From Planctomycetota bacterium (GTDB lineage Bacteria > Planctomycetota > B15-G4): a stretch of 64,000 nucleotides of DNA. Positions 41,290-50,570 of the stretch are shown here, piece after piece. The stretch lies in NCBI GenBank assembly GCA_965248575.1, contig CBDFJQ010000002.1, positions 4,256,001-4,320,000 of the forward strand, given 5' to 3'. The translations under genes were made by a program, and so were the position numbers. The stretch's first letter is position 1, and every line of letters starts with the position of its first letter. The notes below the pieces were generated by a model that did not search any database, was not told the DNA's origin, and saw only the letters and a list, made by a program, of their open reading frames with translations.

Positions 41290-42060
41290 TCATCCCGGCA
41301 CCAACGATAGGCACGCCCCCACAAGATCCTGAACCACCGCACGTGCGTACTCCCCATCGTCCCCCCGTGTCGCCTTGATGATCTTCCCCCCTTCCTCCTG
41401 AACGCGACGGACACTCTCGGCGAGGTCGCCGACGGGGAGGCAGATCATCCAGACAGGCGGCAGACCCAGGTTCACGCCGCGCGCGTGGCGAATGCCCGCC
41501 GCCGGGTTTCCGTCAGCGCCGACCATGTTGTAGTCGGCGTAGCGCTCGCTTGCGTCCTCCATCTCGACGTCCTGCGCCGACCAGCCAACGACCTGTCGGT
41601 AGAAGTCATGGGTTGCCGAGGCGTCGGAGACCGTTAGGTCGAGCCAGGAGATGTGCCCCACATGCGCCGCGACGCCGTCAGTCGGGGGGATCTCCTCCGC
41701 AGAAACGACTGGGATGATCCCGAACGCCGCCCCATTCGGATCGAGTAGCACCGCCCATTGGCTCTTCTCATCATGCATGAGCTCTTTCCCGCCCAGATCG
41801 AGCGCACGCTTCGCACTGGCTGCGACATCGGCGACCTGAATGTGCGGCATCCATTGGAGCGGAATGTGAGCATATTCAGCGCTGGTCGGGCCCAAGCCGA
41901 TGATCGGCGTGCCCTGGTTGTTCATCAGATCCTCGCGCCAAAGCGGGTTCTCACCGGTGGTGAGCACGCGTGAGTAGAAGCGCACTTCACGTTCGTGTTC
42001 GGGAACGGCGATGTCGGCGCTGAGGATTCCGCCGACGCGCGGGACAATGGGGTCACTCAT
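41290..42060 (-). CDS. Gene cassette: two-domain VOC/glyoxalase protein
   Basis: WMPHIQVADV, LDPNGAAFG, ISWLDL, FYRQVVGW motifs. Confidence 0.88.
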   Translation of the reverse strand: MSDPIVPRVGGILSADIAVPEHEREVRFYSRVLTTGENPLWREDLMNNQGTPIIGLGPTSAEYAHIPLQWMPHIQVADVAASAKRALDLGGKELMHDEKSQWAVLLDPNGAAFGIIPVVSAEEIPPTDGVAAHVGHISWLDLTVSDASATHDFYRQVVGWSAQDVEMEDASERYADYNMVGADGNPAAGIRHARGVNLGLPPVWMICLPVGDLAESVRRVQEEGGKIIKATRGDDGEYARAVVQDLVGACLSLVPG

Positions 42061-42232
42061 GGTTCGCGTCCTGGTTGACATCACGTTGAGTGGCGCGTGA
42101 AGGCCCACTTGCTGGAGATCGTAGTCCACATGGGCTCGCAATCGCGGCAACGATTTCGAAGCAGCGACCCAAGACCTGCTCGAAAAGACGTGCCGGGTGA
42201 GCCTACAGTTCGCGCGCGTTGATCCCGAGGCG

Positions 42233-42299
42233 GCCTAACGGTACTGCCGTTCAGCGGAGGGCCGCGTAGCGGACCGTCCGCTGCAAGCGCTTGTTAGGT
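42233..42299 (-). mobile_element. attC site (67 bp)
   Basis: ACCTAACAAGCGCTTGCAGCGGACGG...CCGCTGAACGGCAGTACCGTTAGGC; the upstream gene's TAA stop lies inside R''. Confidence 0.92.
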
Positions 42300-42677
42300 G
42301 GCGTCGAGTCTCGCGCAATACCATGACTTGGCACTTCGAGTGAGAAGAAGGATTGCTGCACCAATGTAGCATGCAGAGCTGGATGCCTTGACTACCTTGA
42401 TGCTTACAGGCCAGTCGGCGGATGTGAGCGTGAGGTAACTGCCGGGTAGGGCAAGTGCGACCACGATGATTAACAAGAGCCGAGCCCAACTTCGTTGCTT
42501 CGCGACAGCCCAAACTAGGCCGATCCAGAGGGCCATCGGGAAAAGGACGCTGAGAAGCGTGCCCCCCAGGCCAACCCGTGCCTGCACCGAGGGCCACAGA
42601 TAAGCGGTGTTGACCAATCCGATTCCGAGCCCCAGCAACAGGAGCAGGATGGCAACTCTTACTGTTGGTGGAGTCAT
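42294..42677 (-). CDS. Gene cassette: small 4-TM membrane protein
   Basis: Four hydrophobic segments, RSWARLL and SAKSWY motifs; first cassette after the attI-like site. Confidence 0.75.
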   Translation of the reverse strand: MTPPTVRVAILLLLLGLGIGLVNTAYLWPSVQARVGLGGTLLSVLFPMALWIGLVWAVAKQRSWARLLLIIVVALALPGSYLTLTSADWPVSIKVVKASSSACYIGAAILLLTRSAKSWYCARLDAT

Positions 42678-42696
42678 AGGGTTCTGGGCATCGCCC

Positions 42697-42716
42697 ACCT
42701 AACTACAACTAGACAG
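42697..42716 (-). mobile_element. attI-like site of array 1
   Basis: CTGTCTAGTTGTAGTTAGGT; GTTAGGT is the exact complement of the first cassette's ACCTAAC; no attC hairpin upstream. Confidence 0.65.
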
Positions 42717-42851
42717 CGAAGCTGCCCGTGAATCCTGCGCGAAAAGCCAGCGCGGGGTGCCTCCGTTTTGACCTTGGTCGCCCCGGTTTCCCATCTGCGT
42801 GTTCTTCTCCCCAATTGGCGTTTACCGTTGACGATCGCCCTTCCTGAAGAG

Positions 42852-42887
42852 TCGAGGGTAGCTCGGATAGGCGGGTCCGTCTATCCG
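42852..42887. promoter_or_regulatory. Conserved 33-bp motif overlapping a 24-bp palindrome upstream of attI-like site 1
   Basis: CGGATAGGCGG-GT-CCGTCTATCCG at 42864-42887; 42852-42884 matches 51966-51998 at 27 of 33 positions (hand count). Confidence 0.55.
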
Positions 42888-43003
42888 GCTCGCTGGCGGG
42901 AGCTTAGAGGCCAATCGATGGGCTGTTGCCGTGGCAGCGACCCCTCCGAGCCTGCTTGAGCGGGTGGCGTTATGCGGACCCGCACAATCCTCCACCGCCT
43001 CAC

Positions 43004-43149
43004 TCTTCACGGACTGTTTCCCAGGGCCTGCCTACCCTGCGGCGCCCCATGGGTTGGGAATCGAGCAGATCTCCCCAGGCATGTCGCTCCATTCAAACTG
43101 GCAACGAGAGGCAGCATGACGGCAGCGGACGGGCCAGCCCAGGACGGCG
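43004..43149 (+). repeat. Diverged direct repeat, copy 1 (kinase leader plus abortive start MTAADGPAQDG)
   Basis: 32 identical nt at 43097-43128 and 45164-45195, plus similar flanks. Confidence 0.85.
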
Positions 43150-43186
43150 GCTTGTCTGTTTAGGTTCTACTCGTATCGTGATCAGA

Positions 43187-44977
43187 ATGACAAACTCAAG
43201 GTCCTGTGCTGTTTGGTTCGTCCTGCTCGTGTTGTTCCTCACTGCGTGTCGAGCGGAGCCACAACGGGAAGCTCGAGTCGTCGACGCGGAGCGCGCTGAC
43301 GAGTCGAGGGACGAGCGCGTCCTGTCGAGGAACCAGCGCGTCCTTGTCGAGCTTCTGACCGAATGGCCGACGGCTGAGCGCATCCCCGGGCGTGACATGG
43401 CGCTCCTCTCGCTGGCATCGTCGTCGTCGATCCAGGAGCTGGTGCTCATCGAGGGCGAGATTCTGGATGTACTGATTCGTGATGGTGTCGAGCCGATCGC
43501 GTCGTTCCTGATGCACTACATCGAGCGGCTCGCGTTCGCGCAACCTCCGAACTGGGAGAGGCGCGTCGACGATGTGTTGATGGTTGCCGAGACGTTCCTT
43601 CCCCTGAAGAAACTCCCGGAGCGGGACCGTACGATCGGCGCGATCCGTTTCGGTACGACACCGACGATCGAGATCTTCTCCCTCGAGCTCGCGAATCTGT
43701 TCTTCTGCAAGGTCAAGACGGACTCCGGGCGCGCGAGCTTGGAGACTGGCGGCGGAGCCCACGAGATCATGGCCCTTGGCGTCGTACTGGGTGAGTACTG
43801 CCCTGGGATGCAGCGCCCGGCCGAGGATGACGAAGAAGGCCAGCGGCTTTGGAAGCTCTGCCAGGAGGCCTCGAGTTCGTGCGTCACAGAAGAGGATTCC
43901 GGCCGCCCGGGCTCGGGTGGTGGAGCTGGGAACTTCGGCCTTGGCGACTCCTTCATGGCCTGTGCGGATCCTGGTGCGGCGGACCAAGCTCGAATCATGC
44001 GGGAGGTGGAAGCCGTGAGGCGTTGCGCGGAGCTGCGTTTCACGTCTCCAACCGACCCGCTTGCGTCCGGCGGGGGTAGCTGGAGTGCGCCGGGAGGCCT
44101 TAAGGAAGGCGGGTACTCCAAGCACGAATGGTGGGAGAACGAGGAGGGCTCTGGCGAGGAGAACTGGGATTGGTCGGGAGAGGAGATCACCGACGCCGCT
44201 GCCGAGGATCCCAACGTGGCCGGGGCAGTTGACGAACTTCAGGCCGCCTCAGACGACTACATGGGCTGCGAGGGTTCGGAAGGACCGGGCGACCCCTGCC
44301 ACGAATCCCTCAAGGAGTTTGAGCAGGCAGACCAGGAGTTCCGCGACGCGATGTACTGCCACGAGAACCCTGACAATTGCCAGAGTACCGAGGATGGCGT
44401 CATCATCATCGTCGAGGACGCCGAGGAAGAGGAAGAGGACGATCCCGACGGAACGGAGCGCGTGGCGACACCAGTCGAGGGCCAGCTTCCCGACGTGTGT
44501 CTGCCGGAGGCGCTGCGCCTGCACAAGACGACGATTCGCGACCTGATGGGTGGTGCCGAGTTGCCGCTCAGCATCTGTCAGGTCGCCTTGACACAGGGAG
44601 ACCAGTGCGACCAACAGGTCGACAGCGAGTGTCGTCCCTGGCAATTCATGATGCCGGCGGCGGCGACTCAGTGCGCAGGGGTCTTCAGCCGACTTTGCCA
44701 GCTCATCGACCTCCCTCCCGACAGCTCGCCGCTGGACCTCTGTGCTTGCTATCAGGAACCCGGGGACTTCTCGACAACGCCCGCTCGGTGGTCCGAGCTG
44801 CTGGCGGTGCTCATGACGGTTCCGGGGGCGTGCCAGAGACGCTTGTGCGCCGACGGCTATCGGTGTGATCAGCAGACAGGCGGCTGTGTGCCGGAGTTCG
44901 AGTCCGCAGATGATCCCGTCCCGCCCGGGCCGGAGCCACAGCCCGGGGCGATCCATTTCTTGCACTTCTGGAACTGA
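43187..44977 (+). CDS. Hypothetical Cys-rich, acidic lipoprotein
   Basis: Lipobox FLTAC after a hydrophobic stretch; many Cys in the C-terminal half. Confidence 0.7.
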   Translation: MTNSRSCAVWFVLLVLFLTACRAEPQREARVVDAERADESRDERVLSRNQRVLVELLTEWPTAERIPGRDMALLSLASSSSIQELVLIEGEILDVLIRDGVEPIASFLMHYIERLAFAQPPNWERRVDDVLMVAETFLPLKKLPERDRTIGAIRFGTTPTIEIFSLELANLFFCKVKTDSGRASLETGGGAHEIMALGVVLGEYCPGMQRPAEDDEEGQRLWKLCQEASSSCVTEEDSGRPGSGGGAGNFGLGDSFMACADPGAADQARIMREVEAVRRCAELRFTSPTDPLASGGGSWSAPGGLKEGGYSKHEWWENEEGSGEENWDWSGEEITDAAAEDPNVAGAVDELQAASDDYMGCEGSEGPGDPCHESLKEFEQADQEFRDAMYCHENPDNCQSTEDGVIIIVEDAEEEEEDDPDGTERVATPVEGQLPDVCLPEALRLHKTTIRDLMGGAELPLSICQVALTQGDQCDQQVDSECRPWQFMMPAAATQCAGVFSRLCQLIDLPPDSSPLDLCACYQEPGDFSTTPARWSELLAVLMTVPGACQRRLCADGYRCDQQTGGCVPEFESADDPVPPGPEPQPGAIHFLHFWN

Positions 44978-45028
44978 GGTCTTCGGCTCTCCGGTTGGGA
45001 GAGAAGAGCCGCTGCCTTGTCGCCCGAG

Positions 45029-45216
45029 TCTTCATGGACTGTTTCCCTGGGCTCACCTACCCTGCGGCGCGCGTTGGGCTGCGACTCGGGCCAGGCTTCC
45101 CTAGCCAGGTCCGTCCATCGAGTGAGTGCAGCGCTTGACAGTGCTGGGCAACGATCAGCGACGACTGGCAACGAGAGGCAGCATGACGGCAGCGGGCGAA
45201 CCAGCGCAGGACGGCG
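45029..45216 (+). repeat. Diverged direct repeat, copy 2 (upstream region and start of the kinase gene)
   Basis: Aligns with 43004-43149 apart from an internal indel of about 40 nt. Confidence 0.85.
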
Positions 45217-48200
45217 ACGCGAACAAGGGCGACGCGAACGACCCTCTCTCGTCGGTGCAGCCGCTCACCAGCAGCGTGCTGGCGGCCTTGGCTTCCCGTG
45301 GCCTGGATCTCCCCGGCGTCTCACGGCCCGCCGACACGGGTGTGGATGGCGACCCGGTTGACGCTCCGCGCTACACCGTGCTCGAGCAGGTAGCCCGGGG
45401 CGGCATGGGCGTCATCATGCGCGTGCGGGATGAAGACCTGCGGCGCGACTTGGCCATGAAGGTCTTGGACCGGGCGGGGCGCGAGCCCGACGCCATGGCC
45501 AGCGACCCGCGCGACTTGGGACGCTTCTTGGAAGAGGCGCAGGTCACGGGACAGTTGGACCACCCGGGCGTGCCGCCTATCCACGAGCTGGGGCTGGATC
45601 GCGACGGGCGTTTGTTCTTCACCATGAAGCTGGTGCGGGGTGGCACCTTTCTGGACGTGATCCAGGACGTGAGCAAGGCGCGCGAAGGATGGACGGTCAC
45701 GCGCGCCCTGGGCGTGGTGCTGAAGGTCTGCGAGGCGCTGGCTTACGCCCATCACAAGGGCGTCGTGCATCGCGACATCAAGCCCGCCAACATCATGGTG
45801 GGGCGTTTCGGCGAAACCTACGTCATGGACTGGGGGCTGGCGAAGGTTGTGGACGAAGGCGCGGCGGCCGGCGACGGCCAGCCCAGCTACGAGAGTCTCG
45901 TCTCGCGCAGCATCGTGCACACCGACCGGCGGGAAGCGCTGGGCGAAGACGGAAGCACCCACGCCACCCTCGACGGGGACGTGGTGGGCACGCCGGCCTA
46001 CATGGCCCCCGAACAAGCGCGCGGCCAGATCGAAGCCTTGGGCCCGCACAGCGACATCTACGCCGTGGGCGCTTTGCTCTATCACCTGATCGCGGGGCAG
46101 GCGCCCTACATCGAGCCGGGCGTGCGCGTCTCGCCCCACAGCGTGTTGCGTTGGGTCATCGACGGTCCGCCCAAACCTTTGGCGAGCTTGGCACCTGACG
46201 CGCCCGCCGAACTGGTGGCCATCATCGATAAGGCCATGGCTCGCGAACCGACCCTTCGCTACACGAACATGCTTGCCCTGGCCGGCGATCTGCAGGCCTT
46301 CATCGAAGACCGCGTGGTGCGCGCGTACCAATCGGGCGCCTGGGCCGAGGCGCGCAAGTGGGTCACGCGCAACAAGCCCCTGGCCGCCGCGGCCGGCTTG
46401 CTGCTGGTGGTCACGGTGGGTGCCCTGGGCGCCGTCTCCTGGGTCGAGTCCAGCGGCCGCGCGAAGGTCGAGGAACGCAACCTGCTGTTGGGCGAAAGCA
46501 ACTCCGCGCTCGAAGACGCAAACGCGCAGCTGGGCCAGGCCAACACAGCGCTCGAGGACAAGAACGTCGAGTTGGCCGACACCAACGCCGCCCTGGACAA
46601 AGAGCGCGCGGCGGCCGAACTCGCCCGCGCTGCTGCCGAAGAATCCCGGGCGGAGGCGCTGGCCAATGCCGAGCGAGCCCTGACCAACGCAGAGTTGGCC
46701 CAATCCAACGCCGACCTGGCAGAGGCCAGCGCGCGCGAAGCGGAGCAGAACGAACGCCGTGCACGGACGGAAAGTTACTCGGCCAATATGACCGCCGCCG
46801 TGGCCGCGCTAGATGTAGGCGGAGGCGCCGCCGCGCGTCGACACCTGGCCGCCTGCCCGGAAGACCTACGCGGTTGGGACTGGCGCCACCTTTCTCTGCG
46901 CGCGGACCCCAGCCTGCATGTGTGGGAGGGATCCGAATCCCTGCTCTACGATGTCGTGCACAGCGCTGACGGGAGCCTGCTCGCCACGGCTTCCGGACCC
47001 TTCTTCGGGTTCGGCGCCGATGTCAACGAGGCGCGCATCCTGGACGCCACCTCTGGCGAGACGCTGCTTTCCATACCCGCACAGGGCTCCGTCTTCGAAG
47101 TGGCCTTCTCGCCTGACGCTCGGGTCTTGGCCTTCGGCGCCGATGACTACATTGTTCTGTGGGACATCCAGCGCAATCGGCAACTCGGCTCGCGGCATTG
47201 GGTCGGCAGTGGCAGCTACAGCTTGGAGTTCCTCGACAACGATCGGCTGTTGTCGGTGGTTGCAGGCAGTGGTGGGCTGACCAGCAGTTTGGAGGTTCGG
47301 AACATCTTGACCCAAGAGGTGGAGTTGTCGCGCGAAGCCAACCCCGCCATGACGTCGGCCAGCGTCTCGCCCGATGGGACACGGCTGGCCGTCGGCCACG
47401 CGGACCACTCGGTCGAGCTGCTGTCCCTGCCCCAGGGCAAGCTGCTGTGGCGTCGGCCAGGGTTCGGCTTGGCCGACATCCAATCGGTGCAGATGGACGG
47501 TTTGCCGGGCGTCACGGGTTTGGACTTCGACGCAGCAGGGGAGCATCTGGTGGTGGCCGGCCGAGACCAGGTGCTGCGGCTGCTGGACGCTCAAGACGGG
47601 CGCGAGCTCGTCCAGCATCTGGTGGAGGAGGGCGTCCCTCATTCTCCGCGCTTTCATCCCGACGGCCCCTGGGTCCTGGTGGGTGATACGAGCGGTTCGG
47701 TGCGCTTTCTCGACGCCCATACACTCGATGAGATCGAACGCTTGTCGGGGCACGATCAGGTGGTGCTGTCCCTGTCCATCAGCCCGGACGGCGACCAGCT
47801 CGTCTCGGGCGACATCCTGGGCAACCTCCGCGTCTGGGACGGGCGGCCCGGCGCCGCCTCCTTGATGATCGCCAACCGCGCCGCCGTCGAAGGCCTGGGG
47901 CGGGATCCCGGCCGGCGTGCGCTTGAGTTCTCGCCGGACGGTCGCCTGGTGGCCTGGACACCTTCCATCCGCGCGGTGCTCGTAGCGGACGCCATCACGG
48001 GGGAGGTGCTCTACCGCTTGGCCGAGGTGACCAGCGCGATAGGCGGCTTGGCGTTCTCGCCCGATGGCCGGGAGATTCACGTCCAGTCGGAGGTCGAGGG
48101 GCTGCTCAGCTTCGATGCCAGCGATGGGCGTTTGCTCAGCACGGCTCCGAGCGGATCGTTCGCCGACTGGTCGACCTTCGACAATTCCGGTTCGTTGCTG

Positions 48201-49406
48201 GCCATGGTTGAGTCTCGCAGCGACACGCGCATCGATCTGCGGGTGGTAGAGAATGGTGTTTGGGCTGCTCGACTCAGTGGCCACGAGGATTCCATCACCT
48301 CGGGCAGCTTCACCTCCGACAGCCAGCGCTTCGTGAGCTGTTCCGTGGACGGAAGCATCCGCACCTGGGACCTGCGCAGCGAAAGCGAAGTGGGTCGGAT
48401 CCAGACTGACGACGAGCTCCTGGGTCTCGAGCTGTACGACGGCGACCGGCGCGCGCTCACGACCTCCTTGGACCCGACCCGCAGCGGCCTCAGCATCTGG
48501 GATCTGGAGACCGGCGAGCTCATCGCGCGGCACCCCGCGCGCGGGCTGACGCTGCGCGGCGATTTGCACCCGGACGGCAAGCTCTGGGCCGGCACGGTCA
48601 GCAATGGTTCGGTGGGGCTCTGGAACCTGGAGCGCGGCGAGATGTTCAGCCTGTCCGCCAGCGACGCGCCCATCCTGCGCACGCGTTTCGACCCGACGGG
48701 GGCACGCCTCGCGGCGCTCGACCGGGCCGGCAGGTTGTTCTTGTGGGACACGGTGTCGCCCAGCGACCGAGCCGCCGCCCGCCGGGAGGTCTCGCATCTC
48801 GCACGCCGGGTGGGCGAGTCCCAAGCCCTCGTGGACGCGCTGGTGGATGAGCACCTGCTCATGAGCCAGGTGCTGCTGGCCTTGGAGGCCGACACCGCCC
48901 TGCCCGCTGACCTGCGAGAGGCCGCCGTGCGCGAGATGCGTGTGCGCGGCGACAGCGGGCCCCGGGCGCTGGTCAGCATCTGGGAGCGCCTGCTGCCCGC
49001 AGACATCCCCGACAGTGAGCTGGCCAGCTCACCCCAAACCATAGCCCAGGCCCAGGCCATGCTGCCCATCCTGTACGACATGCGAGCCGGTTGGATCGAG
49101 TACCAAGATTCCTGGGAGCCCCTCGTGTGGGCCCTGTACGTGCTCGGCCGCCACGACGAGGCCAGCGCGCTGCTGCCCGAGGGCCTCGAGCTGGGTTACT
49201 CGTTCGAGCCCAACGGCCCCCAGGCGATGTTGGTGATCCAGGTCTTGCTCACCGCGGCCTCGGGCGACGAGGACCTGGCGAGGGTGCAGCTCGTGACCGC
49301 CCGCACGACCTACGAGGACGCACAGCGGGACGCGCCGGGGGATGTGGAGGATTTGGAGCTGACGGGGCGCTTGTTGAGGTTCGCGGAGCTGCGGGTGGGG
49401 GGGTGA
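45183..49406 (+). CDS. Ser/Thr protein kinase with TM helix, coiled coil and WD40 repeats
   Basis: ARGGMG, AMK, HRDIKPAN, DWGLAK, GTPAYMAPEQ; many FSPDG, GH and WD units. Confidence 0.95.
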   Translation: MTAAGEPAQDGDANKGDANDPLSSVQPLTSSVLAALASRGLDLPGVSRPADTGVDGDPVDAPRYTVLEQVARGGMGVIMRVRDEDLRRDLAMKVLDRAGREPDAMASDPRDLGRFLEEAQVTGQLDHPGVPPIHELGLDRDGRLFFTMKLVRGGTFLDVIQDVSKAREGWTVTRALGVVLKVCEALAYAHHKGVVHRDIKPANIMVGRFGETYVMDWGLAKVVDEGAAAGDGQPSYESLVSRSIVHTDRREALGEDGSTHATLDGDVVGTPAYMAPEQARGQIEALGPHSDIYAVGALLYHLIAGQAPYIEPGVRVSPHSVLRWVIDGPPKPLASLAPDAPAELVAIIDKAMAREPTLRYTNMLALAGDLQAFIEDRVVRAYQSGAWAEARKWVTRNKPLAAAAGLLLVVTVGALGAVSWVESSGRAKVEERNLLLGESNSALEDANAQLGQANTALEDKNVELADTNAALDKERAAAELARAAAEESRAEALANAERALTNAELAQSNADLAEASAREAEQNERRARTESYSANMTAAVAALDVGGGAAARRHLAACPEDLRGWDWRHLSLRADPSLHVWEGSESLLYDVVHSADGSLLATASGPFFGFGADVNEARILDATSGETLLSIPAQGSVFEVAFSPDARVLAFGADDYIVLWDIQRNRQLGSRHWVGSGSYSLEFLDNDRLLSVVAGSGGLTSSLEVRNILTQEVELSREANPAMTSASVSPDGTRLAVGHADHSVELLSLPQGKLLWRRPGFGLADIQSVQMDGLPGVTGLDFDAAGEHLVVAGRDQVLRLLDAQDGRELVQHLVEEGVPHSPRFHPDGPWVLVGDTSGSVRFLDAHTLDEIERLSGHDQVVLSLSISPDGDQLVSGDILGNLRVWDGRPGAASLMIANRAAVEGLGRDPGRRALEFSPDGRLVAWTPSIRAVLVADAITGEVLYRLAEVTSAIGGLAFSPDGREIHVQSEVEGLLSFDASDGRLLSTAPSGSFADWSTFDNSGSLLAMVESRSDTRIDLRVVENGVWAARLSGHEDSITSGSFTSDSQRFVSCSVDGSIRTWDLRSESEVGRIQTDDELLGLELYDGDRRALTTSLDPTRSGLSIWDLETGELIARHPARGLTLRGDLHPDGKLWAGTVSNGSVGLWNLERGEMFSLSASDAPILRTRFDPTGARLAALDRAGRLFLWDTVSPSDRAAARREVSHLARRVGESQALVDALVDEHLLMSQVLLALEADTALPADLREAAVREMRVRGDSGPRALVSIWERLLPADIPDSELASSPQTIAQAQAMLPILYDMRAGWIEYQDSWEPLVWALYVLGRHDEASALLPEGLELGYSFEPNGPQAMLVIQVLLTAASGDEDLARVQLVTARTTYEDAQRDAPGDVEDLELTGRLLRFAELRVGG

Positions 49407-49422
49407 ATGGCTGAGACTGTCA

Positions 49423-50211
49423 TTACCCAAAGGCAGCTGCAGCAGAGCTGATCGCCGCACTACCGATTATGATTTCCGGCAAGAAGAACCAGCCGAAGGG
49501 CCCGCTCGCTAGACCAAGCATTCCTCCCCCGATGGCGCCGCCCAGGTCGGCCTTGCCGACGCCCCCCCAGTCCGTCGAGAACGGCGCGGGTGGATTGAAG
49601 GGAGGGCTCGCCCAGGCACTGGCTGCCTTCTGAGATTCTGCGTACCAGTAGGCGCCGCTGTATCGGGCCACCGAGAAAGCCCCCATCAGGTTGACCTTCT
49701 CTCGCGAGCTCATGGGTTGAGCGAGAGCGACAGCCTCAAGCTGCTTGACCGCGTTGATGAAGTTGGTGATCCCCATGCTCGTCGCGGCGTCCTGAAGTGA
49801 ATAGAGCTGATCCAGGATCCCAACCTCCGCGCTTGTCATGGAGCAATCATCTGGCAGCGTTCCAGGGACCATCATGGAGGTCATGAGGTCAATCTGGACC
49901 TGGTTTGCGCAAACGAACTCTGCTGTGAGCCTCTGCATGTTGAGCCGCCACAGATTTGGGGTGGCTCCCAGGCTGTTCTTGTTGCTGATGAGGAAGTCCA
50001 AGGCCTGGTTGTGCAGTTGGCCGACGAAGTCGACCTCGTTGGACGGATTGGAAGGGTCGGGGAAGTTCGGGGTTTGGCCCTTGTAGTGAGGTCGGCCGTG
50101 TCCGAGAGTCACCTGTTGAGTGGGCGGATTTAATTGCTTTGCGGCGACGGAAGTTTGAACGCTCACTCCTAAGAGAAGTACTGCCACGGTTTGTAGAAAA
50201 CGAATCGCCAT
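49423..50211 (-). CDS. Hypothetical secreted protein with a C-terminal Gly-zipper hydrophobic tail
   Basis: Signal peptide; NEVDFVGQLHNQALD; ends ADLGGAIGGGMLG...SAAAAFG; more AT-rich. Confidence 0.65.
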   Translation of the reverse strand: MAIRFLQTVAVLLLGVSVQTSVAAKQLNPPTQQVTLGHGRPHYKGQTPNFPDPSNPSNEVDFVGQLHNQALDFLISNKNSLGATPNLWRLNMQRLTAEFVCANQVQIDLMTSMMVPGTLPDDCSMTSAEVGILDQLYSLQDAATSMGITNFINAVKQLEAVALAQPMSSREKVNLMGAFSVARYSGAYWYAESQKAASAWASPPFNPPAPFSTDWGGVGKADLGGAIGGGMLGLASGPFGWFFLPEIIIGSAAISSAAAAFG

Positions 50212-50435
50212 GAGTTTGTCTCCGGGTAACTGGATGCGTATGCGTAGCCTGAGCCTTGAGTGAAGTGATGATTCCTCGGGACTCCGCTGCAGTTACGGGC
50301 TCTTCCCCTGCTCCCGAAGGTTCGACATCTACTCTCACCTCAATGAGGGAAGCGTTCGAGTGAGGTGACAGCGGACATTAGTATTCAAGTTTTCTCACGG
50401 CGGCGCGTCGGTTCCGAGAACACTGTCTGACCAAT

Positions 50436-50453
50436 CCCCCCCCCCCCCCCCCC
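50436..50453. repeat. Poly-C tract (18 nt)
   Basis: Counted directly; intergenic. Confidence 0.9.
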
Positions 50454-50570
50454 GGGCCCGGCGCGATTCCAACCCTGTCACGCCAGCCAACGAGCGCCGA
50501 CTGTTCGTGACGCCCTTCCCCTCGGAATAGGGTTCCTTCCCTGTCTCGACCCTCACGGTCCTCGCGCGCC

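Noticed and set aside
39754..42299. CRISPR interpretation of the recurring CTAAC...GTTAG elements
   Set aside because: Units are non-identical 63-67 bp hairpins separated by whole genes, and there are no cas genes; they fit attC.
42720..43186. Integron integrase gene or remnant next to the attI-like site
   Set aside because: No ORF with tyrosine-recombinase motifs here or at 51824-52144; a highly decayed remnant cannot be excluded by eye.
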